Source: Camelus ferus | Lineage: Eukaryota | Length of the DNA: 64,000 nucleotides | Reading direction: 5' to 3' | Assembly (NCBI RefSeq): GCF_009834535.1 | Contig: NC_045697.1 | Coordinates: 1,304,001 to 1,368,000, forward strand | In this document: positions 25,702-37,330 of the stretch, one piece after another | Layout: each line of letters begins with the position of its first letter | How positions within the stretch are numbered: the stretch's first letter is position 1 | The notes under the pieces: generated by a model | The model's database searches: none | Told to the model about the DNA's origin: nothing | Seen by the model: only the letters and a program-made list of their open reading frames with translations | Made by a program: the position numbers and the translations under genes

Positions 25702-26958
25702 CTGCAAACGGTGGAGGTGAGTGAGCGCCGCCCCAGGACGGAGGGCTCTCAAGTGAAAGCCGAGTGAGACCGCTGGCTGCAGGTGGCCCGTCTCAGCAGC
25801 TGCCTAAACCCACGCCCCCAGCACCGCTGTTCATATTTTAAGCCAAAGCTCATCCCAGGGTCAGGCCCCGTCCGGAGCTTCCTTGGACAACCCCCCCCGC
25901 CCTGCCTGGCCTGGAACTGCCGCTGTCCCCACACTGAGTGAGCACGTGCGTGCAGGGCGTGCAGGGCGGGTGAATGGCGGGGGCAGGGGAGGGGTGGGAG
26001 GGTAACTGAGTGGTCCGACCATTCCCCAGGTGAGAATATTTTTTCTTTCCTTCTAAATCACCAACTCTAGTCTTTCTTGTTAGGAAAGCTCACTTGGAAA
26101 AATCTGGAGCAGAGAAAAGGAGGCAGAAAGGTTTAAGCCTGTTTGTGGGCAGCCCCACTTCCTAGAGATCCGCCTGTGACGTCGTGCCTGATTCCTCCTG
26201 CGGTCCACGGGGTACAAGCTGGCCACATTTTATTAGCCAGTTCCGCCATGGACGGGCTTTGGGGTCCTGCTCTTTCTTGTCTTCGCATCTGTGGACACCG
26301 TGCAGGCCCCACTCCACAGTCAGGGACCCTCCAGTCTGGAGGCCCTGTGGGGCAGGGGGTCAGGGGGTGAGCAGGGAGGGATGGGTGAGCCCCATGGAGC
26401 TCGGTGGGGGTGGCGGAGGGGTGCCATGCGATCTGGCAGATTCCTAAGCTGGAGAGGTGTCCCCACCCTCACCCCCTGGAGCTGGGGGGGCCCCCAGGCC
26501 CCAGAGCAGTGGCCACCTCATCTTTGTCACACTGTGTCCCAGGTCCGAGCACAGAGTAACGTGCTGGGGGTTGTGGAGCAAGCCCGACAGGCTGGTGCAG
26601 ACACGGCTCTAAGGCAGAGATGGAGGTCAGGGCGGAGGTCAGAGGTGGTCCGAGGGCTGCGGATGACTTTCACCTGCAGGGACCTCCTGGGGCTTTAGCG
26701 TTGGGGTGCGCCAGGAGCAGGGTGGTGGGGGCAGAACTGGGGTCTCCTTTACCCCTGGGTCTCCTCTGCCTGTCTCCCCGCTGCCTGTCCCCCCCACATC
26801 GTGCCCCCCAGGGGTTAACCCCACCCTCTGAGGGCCCCAGAACCAGCCTGGTGCCTCCCCCTGCGGAGTTTCCCAGCTAGAGACAGCACAGACCCGCGGA
26901 GCAGCCCGCACCCGTGACGTAAAGGCCGCGACCCCCACGGCTGCGAACCCCGGGTCAC

Positions 26959-27161
26959 CTCAGCTCGAACTCGGCGAACAGCACGTCGAAGTGCCTCAGC
27001 GCCTCCCGCATCTTCTCCGTGTACGTGTTGAGGTCCCGCAGCGCCTGGTCGCGGAGGGCGCCCCGCACGTCCTCCAGGCTGCGGGTCAGCTCCTTGGCCA
27101 GCGGGCGCATGGCCATGCTCTCCAGCTCGCGGTTCATGATGATGGAGCCGGCGGCCAGGCA
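26959..27161 (-). CDS. ZFYVE28: ZFYVE28 coding exon 4 (203 nt, phase 0-2): [67 protein letters not shown](S)
   Basis: Acceptor ctcccgcAG|TGC, donor AG|GTGACC. The peptide appears in ORF 26955..27137(-) and is in frame with the flanking exons. Confidence 0.97.
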
Positions 27162-28455
27162 CTGCGGGAGGCAGAGCGCGGGTCAGGGAGGCCCGGGGCC
27201 GGCGGCCACCCCGTGGCTGCACCGCCCACGAGTGGAGTTCCAGAACTCTCCATGGGCCAACGCTGAGAAAGCCGCCCCCACTGTCCCCTGAGAAACTGTG
27301 GTCACCCTCAGGACGGGAGAGCAGAACAGTGGCCTGAGGCTCGTCCCTGAGACCCTCCCTGGCCTCCCTCCCAGGGGCTCCTGGCCTCACATCTCTGGCT
27401 CCTGCTCTGGGGCACCTGCTCCCTCCTGGCTTCTATTAGAGGCACAGAGAGGGAGGCCCTGGGGGTTGGGGGATCCATGCAGGGGCCACCCGGCCATGTG
27501 ACTCCTGTCTCCTCCCCACCAGCTTGCAGACGTGCAGTTCTGGCCATCCTCCAGGCACGCAGCACACAGGGCTGACCAGGGCTCCCCGGGGCCTCAGACC
27601 TTCCTAGGGATTGGATGCCTCGTGTCCATAAAGCCCCCCTGCATCACCTCAGGATCCCACAGCTGCCCCTGCCCCCAGGACCCACTCTACAGAGGTAAAA
27701 ACTGAGGCTGGGGGGTGAGACACCACCCCCCAACTAGAGCCACAGTGAGGACACCACAACCAGGTGGTTTGGAGGAGCCAGGTGGGGAGGGTGGACACGG
27801 GGATGGGATGAAATGGGGGAACATGTGGGCACAAGGGCCACGCAGTGTCTGGTAAGATGGGGGTGTTCCAGGATTCACCGAGAGCTGAGGCAGGCAGGAT
27901 GGGGGAGGACAGAGGAGGCATGGGCGTCAGACTACGAGCCTCATGCCCCTAATGTCCCGAGAGCATGGCCAAGGGGGGACGTCTAGGTATCCCATGGGAA
28001 ACTGCGGGCGTACCTCTCACTCCTCAAGCTCTTCCTTGGGAGGTGAAGCTCAAGGTCTGGGGGTTATCATCAGTAGGGACCCAGGTGCAGCTCCCCCGGC
28101 CCCCGCACGGGGATAAACAGTCCTGTGGGTGGGGCAGGGGGCGCACTGCTCTCAATATTAGTGTTACTGCCATGAAGAACGGCTCTCAGGCCCTAGGTGT
28201 CTGGGGACCTGAGACCCTCATAGAAATCACATGTGAAACCTCATGTCTATATTTGCTTGTGTAGTTTCGGGGGAGAAGGCTCTTGCCTCCCCGCCCCTGC
28301 GACCCTAACAGGCTCAGCGGCATCTGCAGCCCCTGCAGATGGAGGCCCTGGAGGAGACACGGGGCCTGCACTACAGGTGCACACGGGTGAGCTCCACAGG
28401 GGAACGCTGGGCGACGCCCACGCCGTGACCCCAGCCCTGGGCGGCCGCCCACTAC

Positions 28456-28593
28456 CTCGGCGCCAAACCACAGCTGGCCGGCCAGGTTGTCGTGCCGGAT
28501 CTCCTCGGGGAACTTGACACAGAAATCCCGTGGGGCGCGGTCCTGGGGGATGCACACGTCCATGATCTGGTTAATGATGTTTAACACGTTGTC
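28456..28593 (-). CDS. ZFYVE28: ZFYVE28 coding exon 3 (138 nt, phase 0-0): [46 protein letters not shown]
   Basis: Acceptor ctgtttcAG|GAC, donor GAG|GTAGTG. Contains the Lys equivalent to the human K87 monoubiquitination site (AAG at 28513-28515). Confidence 0.97.
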
Positions 28594-30969
28594 CTGAAAC
28601 AGAAGCGGGAAGTGCGCTAAGACGCAGCTGCAGCAGGTGGCTGGCAGGCACTGCTCGGAAACAGGAGCCGTGCACGCCAAGATGATGAGGGACGCGGTCG
28701 CACATGCGGGCCTGCTCTACAACTGCTATGAGAAGCTCGAGCATCCAGAAGTATCTGAATACAGAGCAAAACCCTTGCCTCACCTTCCCCAAGGCCAGGT
28801 ACCTAGAGCACCTGCCACAAGGGTGGGGGGCACTTCCCACGCCACCACGTCACTATGCAGACAGTGCGTCGCCCGCTGTACTGGCTCTATCTTCCCCTGC
28901 TGACCCGCACCTGGGACCCCTGCAGCCTCGGCCACCGTGACCGCCCCAAACCTCTCTCTGAACACCTGTGCACAAGTTTCTTAAGACAGAGCGAGGTGGA
29001 CAGACACACAGACAGCTGATTTTCACTGCCGATGGACAGCGTTGCTTGGATTAATGTAAGCCTGGGTCATCCTGGGTGTGGTCACAACAGTCAAGACATG
29101 CCGTCGGGACGGACACCGCTGCAGACGGCAGGCAAGACCAGGCTTCCCAGACCCGTTTCACGGCACCACTCCTTGCCCAAACTCGGCCTGTTCTTGAAAC
29201 ATCTGCTCTTTGTTCAGCAGAATTACAAGAACATTGAAAGTTTAGTTTTTTCTTTAATTTTTTTAATTAATTAATCTCTCTAATTTCTTTATCTCCAAAG
29301 ATGAATACACATTCATCACAGGGAAACTGGAAACCTGGGGAAGCAGAGGAGGAGGGGGAGGATGTCCTTGGAACAGCGGCTGCAGGTGGCAAGTGTCCAG
29401 TCAGTTCTGGTCCCCTGTGGCCTGCTTCCAATCAGAGCTGAGATCATCTGTGTGCATAATTGTGTATTTGTTGGGACGTGTTATTACAGCTTTTCACAAA
29501 TCTAACTTGTGACGGTAGCTTCGTGGGATTCCAGCACACGGACTGTCCTACTAGCTCGCTGCTTCCTCTTCTGCTGGACATTTACGGTATTGCGACTTCT
29601 TCAGCACGATAAATAACGCAGTCACCCTTGTGGTGCACGATGCTCTGAATTTTGGGTTAGTCCCTCAGAATCCACTCATTTCTGGAAGCAGCATTACAAA
29701 GCCGAAAATAAACTGCATTTATAGGCTCTGATTACATTCTGCCCAACTGCTGTCCAGAACAACGGCGCTGACCGACACGCTCAGTCCGTGGCTTTGCGTC
29801 TCAGAGCCCTCCTTTCCGCCGTCCGAGGCTTGAGCTTCACTTTTCTCAGGAAGTAGCCGTGAAAAACCACTGTGGCCGGGAGCATGACATTCTAACACAA
29901 GAAGTCGAGGGGCTAAACTCTGAAGGAAACTCAGCTCCCCAAGGAAAATGTTCCCTCGCCCACGTCCAGCCCCAGGGCAGTCTTCCTTTCTGAGACCCAC
30001 CCTGCCCAGGCTGCCCCAGCACCCAGCTGAGTTTCACCCTACTTGGCCAGGCCGTGTGACGTGCACTTACAGTACCCAGTGGGCGGGCATGAGCGGCTTG
30101 GGAGCAAACAGAGCCCCTTGCAGGGAGCCCTGCGCTGTGGAGGGGGGGGGGCCGGTGCAGGAGCTGGGGGCAGAGAGGCCACCTCGCTGCAAGCGGCCAG
30201 CGTGCCCAGGCGCAGGAGGACAGTCTCTGGTGGCCCAGCAGCCAGGAGAGCCGCCCGGCCCTCCAGTCCCTGGGTCCCCCTGAGAGATGGGAATGTGCCC
30301 CTCCTGCCCCCAAAGGATTCTGTACGAACCTGAGTCTGAGTCCCTCGAGGCTTAAAGCGCAGGGTGGGACATTTGCCACCCCAGACCCTGTCTGCTCTGT
30401 GATCTGGGAAGCACACCCCCGCCCCCACATCCCCGGGAGGAGAGGCTCTAGCCAGACTCGTGGGCACAGTACACCGAGAAGGTTCCGGAACTTGGTGAAT
30501 GACCCTGATCATCACTCGACAAAAGCTGCTTCTCGCCACGTGCCCTGGTATGGGTAGAGCCTCCCAGATGTTTGGTGAACCGGGAGAGTGTTTTCCGCAG
30601 GGCATCCGGGACCCGCACGTCCTGCAGCAGGAGGTCGCCGTGCCGAGAGGCAGCGGAGCAGTAGTCCCGCCACCCTGCGAGCTCTGAGGTGGCCCCGCAG
30701 GCCCAGCCCCTTCCCAGTGCTGGCTGAGGCCCTGCTGGCCCCTCGTAACCACCTCCCACTCGACTCCACTGTCTACTCTCCAAGGGTGTCCTGTGAACTG
30801 GCGCCTTCTAACCCACTTTTTCCCCACGCTGTCCTGCTCGGGACCGCCCCTCCTGTGGCTCTGGTTTCCAGCACCTGGCCCAGGGCCCCTCCCGAGACGT
30901 CCCCCGGGGTGCAGCAGGTGACCGCACCCCGGGGTGCCCCGGCCCGGCCCCTCCATCACCGCTGCTCAC

Positions 30970-31110
30970 CTGGCAGGAGCGGAACTGGCTGACGAGCAGC
31001 GTGCAGCGCTGGGGGTCCTTCCGCCCGTCCAGACTGTCCAGCTCGGCGGCCACCTGGCTCAGCTCCTCGTCCGCATGGTAGAACTGGGCCAGCAGCTGCG
31101 GGTCCGACCG
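30970..31110 (-). CDS. ZFYVE28: ZFYVE28/LST2 coding exon 2 (141 nt, phase 0-0): [47 protein letters not shown]
   Basis: Translation is near-identical to the human LST2 N-terminus as I recall it. Acceptor ctccccgcAG|CGG, donor CAG|GTGAGC. Exon numbering follows the human orthologue. Confidence 0.97.
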
Positions 31111-32859
31111 CTGCGGGGAGGCAGGGGAAGTGAGTGGCCATCCCAGGTGAGGCCTTGTCCCCAGCGATGGGTGGGGGACCCTGTCACCCCGTCGGCTCCC
31201 CTGAGGCCCCCTGAGGCCGCCTGGGGCTGTGGGGTACTGAGGAGAGCATCTCTGGGGGGAAGCCTGACACAGTTCCCTCCGCCCCTGTCAGGGGATGATC
31301 AGAGGCAAGGTGCTGGGGAGGGTGGGGCCAGGGCCACTGGACGGAAAGCAGTTTTATTCATAAAACCAAACTGCGATGATAAAGCCAGCCACAAGGAAGG
31401 GGCCCATCCCACTCCCTAGCCTCTCCTCAGCCCTCAGCCCCGTCTCTACCATGCTGGGAGACGCCAGTGCCTTCCAGCAGGAAACCCTTTTCTCAGAGGA
31501 ACCCCTTTTCTCACCTGCCACAAAATGCACAGGGGGGTCTGATTCTGGGTCTTGAGGCACAATCACCCCACTTGGAGCGAAGTCCCAGCTCCCTGTGCCT
31601 CCCTCGGACCCAGTGCCCATGCTGACCGCCCCTGCTCTGCCCCAGCTCCAGCCCCACCAGCCACGGGCCATCCTGTCAACACACTGGCTCACTTCTGCCC
31701 CAGGGCCTTTGCACTGTGCTCCCTCCAGCTGGGGTGTCGATGGCTTGTCCCCTTGGATCTGAGCTTCCAGAATTAGGACAAACCCACGGTAAAGGCAACC
31801 AAGACCTCAAACATGTTTTTATAAAAGGCACCCTTCATGGACAGACAAGAGAAGGAAAAACGAGAAGAAAGGCACCGAATCAACCCCTGGTTCCCTCGCC
31901 CTTCTACCTAAGAAGCAGCACACAGCTGGGCTGACATTTTGTTGAACATAAAATACCTTATTTTTGTAGTTTCTCTCAGCTCATTGCTTGATGGAGCCTG
32001 TGTTCCGCCCCCTTCCCCTTACGTGGCCTGTCCCAGGGTGGCTCTTCCTCTGCTCAGGGTCTTGGTCATCAGTGCCTGACTCTCTCAATGCTGGCCCAGA
32101 CCCCTGGGGTGCGGAGGAAGCCCCGCCAGTGAGGCTGAGCAGACCTGGGGTGGGGGCTTCAGTAACTGGCCCAGCAGGTGGATGTGTGACCCAGGCAGGA
32201 CCAATGGGGGGGGCCTTCCTAGAATTCTTCACAGGAGAGCTGTGGGGATTCACCCACCCATCCAGCCAGCCAGGCAGCCTGAGCACCCACTCTGCCAAGG
32301 ATGCAGGGCGCTGGGACACAGCCGGGAACAGGGCAGGCCCAGATTTTCTGGTACCGGCGTCTGCTGCTCTCCCTGGGCCCTCCACAGGCTGCAGCCAAGG
32401 GCAGAGGTAGCACCCAGCTCAAGAGCTGATCCCCATCACCATAGCGCACTGGAGTCCTTCTGGCTCCAAACCCTCCGGCTCCCCCCACAGCGGGGGGCAT
32501 GGGGTAGGGGGAGGGCAGGAAAAGCAGGGACATGGCGGGCGGGGTCCCACAGCAGATGGCTGAGGCCCTCCTCATGGAAACCTGCCCAGGCAGGTGACAC
32601 ACGGAGCCTTCCCTGCCTTGGTTCCTGCAGCCCAGCAAACAGGTTGGGGCCCGAACTGGGGGTGCTGGGTAAGGACGCCTCCAGGGAGCTAAGTCTCTGC
32701 TGTGAGAAAATGGGTGCCAAGATGAGAACAGCTTGGACCATCTTTGCCCTGACACCTCCAACCCCGCCACAAACACGGGGACTTTGGCCGTGCTTGGCCC
32801 CTGCTGTTGGCCCCCTGGGGTCGGCTGTGCCACGACGGAATGTGCGCAGAGGGCTGTGT

Positions 32860-33260
32860 GCGCACACACCCACACATGCATACACAAGCACCCACGCACA
32901 CACATGGCTTCCCCTGTGTCCTGGGGAGGCTGACAAACAACTACCACGTGTGTACATGTGGGGCTGTGTAGGAGTCATGCATGTGTGCACGTGTGTGCCT
33001 ATGTGGACGCACATAAGTGCACGTGTGTGTGCAGGAATGTGTGTACACAGGTTTGCACCTACAAGCAGGTGTGTGTGTGTACCTGTGTATACATATGTGA
33101 ATGTGAGTGCCTAGCCATGAGAGCGTGTACTGTACACGTACATGGGTGTCCATGTGTCCATGTGTTGTACAACTGCGCTTGTGTGTGTGTGTCAGTGTGT
33201 GCACACCTGTGTGTGCACGCATAAACGTGTGTGTGCCTACCAGCATGGGTGTGTGTGCCT
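32860..33260. repeat. Low-complexity TG/CA-rich tract
   Basis: Imperfect alternating purine-pyrimidine sequence (gtgtgtgcac, gtgtac). Confidence 0.85.
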
Positions 33261-33407
33261 GTGACTTGGGGTGGGCGTGGCATAATCTGCCATCCGGGGT
33301 CTGTGCAGAGACAGACCCTCTGGGCTCATCTAGTTTTGATTTCAGTAAATTAAAGACTATACGACCAGACCTACAAGTGTGTTGTCCATTAGCAAAAAGA
33401 GAGCTGT

Positions 33408-33410
<3 letters not shown>

Positions 33411-33458
<48 letters not shown>
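33411..33458. repeat. (CA)24 microsatellite
   Basis: Perfect dinucleotide run. Confidence 0.98.
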
Positions 33459-33461
<3 letters not shown>

Positions 33462-36454
33462 CAGAAATTAGAGAACTCAGAAAAAAAATTTTTTAAACCT
33501 AAATTACCTTTATTTTTAAATAAAGATAATTAAATTATCTTTATTTTGCTGAAACACAAAAGGCCTACGCAATTTTAGAACTTTAGCTATACTCTGAGTT
33601 AGCTTTGCAGCCCCTACAGGACTGGTATTTCCAGCAAAGAATGAAAGGTCCCCTTTGTGTGTCCCGGCGGGGCCGAGGTACAGAGGAGACCCCCACTGGC
33701 TGTGTGAATCACATGCACCCGGAGACCCCAGGCGCCGTGGAGACAAACCTCCAGGCAGGGGTCCCAGGAAACGAACTGACACAACTTACAAAATTCAACT
33801 TGTGGTGACTCACAGAATCCACAAGGAACAATGTGGTGCTGCATTTCCATTTCTGAACACGCAGAGGGTGACGTGAACACGGCAGTCTGAGCCCGCTCGT
33901 CACTTACATCTCCATCGGCCCAGCGGGGCAGGTCACCCTCAGGCCAGCCAGAAGGCAGGACTGACGGCCTGAGGGGGACAGTTTCTCTCTTTGAGTCAGT
34001 CAGCCTCATTCAACAACGTTTTAAAGTAAATTTTAAATCGGACTTTTAGATGTCCCTACATAAAATGTCCACAACAAAGAGAATCGATCGCTATGAGTAT
34101 TCACCTTATTTTTAAATAAGAGCTATAAGAGAACAAAACCAAACCCAGCAGAAGTGTCTTTTTTGGCACACGATGTCAGTATTTTCTCAAAAATAAATTC
34201 ACAGCAGTGACAGTTTTCACTGCTGCACAAAAATAAAACTTGCGAAGACAGCCTCTAGCTTAGGAGGTTAGGTGACTAGCAGACAGGCAGCCTCGAGAAG
34301 GCGGGGAAGACACACAACAACGTTGCAGCTCCGGACACGGCCGGAGTGCACAACTGACTACTTCAGAGCTAGTTCTGTAAAGGTGATGAAATTATTCATT
34401 CATTCATTCAAAACACCTGTTCTGTGAAGTGGGCTGGGGATGTGGATGTGAGCTCAGGCCCTGCCCGCAGGTGCCCGTCTGAGCCAGGTGCGTGGCCATG
34501 CTGGGGGTCCCCAGCTGTGGCGAGGCCGGCTAACTGGGCTGGGGCAGAGCGGGGTGTGGACCAAGGGTGTCCCCAGCCCTGTGCGGGGCACCACCCCGAG
34601 CCCTCTGTGAGGCAGCCCCATCCTGACCCAGATGAAGAGACTAAATAAAGCTCATGAAGGAAACTAACATCCGAGGTCACATCGAATGATACAGCGGAGC
34701 CAGTGGTCAGCCCAGGTCCCACTCTAAGGACACTCAGTGATCCGGGTGGGAAAGAGGAAGAGGAAGTAAGGGTGACCCAGGGGGGATCCTTCTCAGGCCT
34801 CTTGCTTCCCAAGTAGGAAGTAAGCCCTGCAGTGGGAGAACCCCAGAGGGTGCCTTGTCTCAGCCAAGCTCCAGGAAGGGGACAAGAGGAGGAGGCAGAT
34901 GGCGGGACAGGTGGGTGAGGCAGATGGCAGGACACGCGGCACGGCCAGGCCAGAAAGGACCAGCCCCCTCACACCCCCAGGGATGGAGTGAGCCCCAGCC
35001 CCCAGCCCCCAACCCCCTGCCCCCACCCCAGCAGCTGTCCCAGGACATGAGCTGGGCTCCAAACGGTGGTTCCCAAGACCCACGTAACCCTCGCCACCCT
35101 AACACTCAGCAGAAAAGAGCCTTCCAGATCTCGGTGGACCCCCAGGTGGGCTTTGGCTGGACAGAGTGCAGGAGCTCAAGAGTGAGGGCTTGTGCCTAAG
35201 GTGCCAGCCCAGGCCCTGGGCCTCCCTTGGACCAGCTCTCTGATAAAGCCTCGGACTCTCTACTCGACACCCAAATCCAGAAGCATCGTAGAGAAACCAG
35301 AGTAAAGCCTCAGATCGTGCACATCAATTCTGGCTGCTCCCCCAGGTCACACTGGACTGTCAAGGAAACCCACTGACCACTGGTCACCAGGGCTGGAAAC
35401 CCTCACCACCTGTGAACACTGATCCAGGCCCTCCTGCAGGTCTCCACCACCCTTCCATCCCGCTGGGGTCTGGGGGGCCTGGGAAGCCATGACCCATACC
35501 CCAAAGTTGGCCTTGTCCACACCAGGACATCCCAGAGGCTGCCAGGCCCAGGCCCTGCTGACCTGGCAGCTCGACCAGCCCCCGCCCCACGGTGATCTGC
35601 CACCCCACACAGGCACGCACTCACGTGTTAGGTGTTAGCGGGCAGGGCTCAGGTGCAGTTTAATCACAAAGATAACGGAGCTGTATGTAAGTCACCTGAC
35701 ACCCGTAACCCAGCACCCTCCTTGGGAAGGTAAGGGCCACTCCCCAGCTCGCAGAAGGGAGAACGCAGGCTCAGAGAGGGAGGTTCACAAATCCACCCAG
35801 GACCCCACATCTGATAAGCAGTCCCACCTGTCACTTGGCCTCCCTGACAGACAAAGGCCTTTACCCACGACTCAGTTTCCCTCCTGGCTTCTGCGGAGTG
35901 AGGAGGGACTCAGTTTCCCAGCTGGCACCACATGGCTCTGAGGGCTCAGGCTGCGACTTAGGGAACCGCTCAGGTGCCCAAAGTGGGTCAGCCTGCACAG
36001 ACACCGCATTTCAACTGTCTGCCCTGGGAACACCCATGCACCTGGGGAGGCTGGCCCTGTCCTGGGCTGCAGGCCAGATCGCTGCTGAACCCCAGGACCC
36101 ACGGACCCCGGGGCAGGCGCCGGGGGATAGCCAGCCAGCCCCACACATACCTCCAGTCTGACCTAGAACCACAGATGTCCCATCCTTGGTTGGGTGGGGG
36201 CCAGCCAGGCCACGGAGAACCCTGATGCCTCAAGGACACAGCCCTTTGCAGGGAACACTGCCAAATGCTTGCCCAGGAAAGGCTGATGGCTTTACGTTTG
36301 ATTCACATCAACAAACATTTTAGCCCTGTGGTATAATAACAGAAATAAGCCGTTTTGATTAGAGGAATCAAGGGCCCTGCACAGCAGAGGGGAGGAGTCC
36401 GAGGGCCAGGTGGGCACAGAATTGAGGATATGTGCTGGACAGGGCCCAGGGTGG

Positions 36455-36535
36455 GCTCCAGGTTCAAGTCCTGCTCGGTCACTCCCTGGGCGGGGACCTT
36501 ACCCCAGGCCTCAGTTTATCACCTGCAAAGTGGGC
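36455..36535 (+). mobile_element. MIR fragment
   Basis: ggttcaagtcctgctcggtcact...ggcctcagtttatcacctgcaaagtggg resembles the MIR core. Confidence 0.6.
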
Positions 36536-36619
36536 TTAAAGCACACAGGGTACCTGACACGGTACCGGGGGCCGAAGTGGACACTGGAAAGTCTGTACCT
36601 GGTGCAAACACCACGTAGG

Positions 36620-37330
36620 TAAAGGCGAGGGCGGTGGAGGCAGCTGACCGTGGTAACCGAAAGTAAGACACCGGGTAAGACGTCTCTCCAGAGAGCATCA
36701 CCGCGCCCCAGCGGCCCGCAGTCGCCAGGAGGCAGCGCCGCCCCCGTGCGCTCGGCTGACCACGCCCCACGCCCTGCCCCGCGCTCCCGGAGGGTGAGCA
36801 CAGCGAGGGCGCGAGCGGGGGCACCTGCAGGGTGGCGGGGCACGGGCGTAGGGGGCAGGAGACGCTAGGGAAGTAGCGCTCGGGGCGGGGCGGGCCCGCA
36901 GGGAGGGCACTGAGCGGGGCAGAGACCCCGACGCGGGTGGAGGCAGAAGGCGGGGCGCGGGGGAGGGAGGAAGAGGCCAGCGGCCCCGACGCGGGGGGGC
37001 CCCCCACATCTCCCGGGGCGGGGGTGGGTCGCGGGAAGCGACAGCCGGGAGAGCGCGGCGAGGGGGGCGCGGGAGGTCGTGGTGTCCGCAGAGAGCAGCG
37101 TGGGAGGGACGGACAAGCAGCCCGAGAAACTCAGGAGGGCAGGAGGCCCAGGACGCCCGGCGTCGCCCACTTGCGAGGAGGCGCTGACCTCTCTCTGCCT
37201 CCGGGCTCGCGCGCGCACGCGTGTGCCCTGTGCGCGTGTCCGTGCGCGCGCTCGCACCGGGCGGTGGGCTGCGCGAGCAGGGATGAGTCTCACGCGGAGG
37301 CCTGGGCCGGTCGACCGCCCACTAGCAGAA
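36620..37330. promoter_or_regulatory. Intronic CpG island, putative internal promoter
   Basis: Very high CpG density, GC boxes (GGGGCGGGGCGGG ~36882-36894, GGCGGGGCG ~36949) and NRF1-like GCGCGCACGCG/GTGCGCGCGC motifs at ~37208-37255. Confidence 0.75.

Noticed and set aside
30039..33114. 300-aa ORFs 30039..30959(-) and 32182..33114(+), and other long G/P/R/A-rich ORFs
   Set aside because: Such ORFs are expected in GC-rich, stop-poor DNA. They are low complexity, partly run through TG repeats and resemble no protein I recognise.
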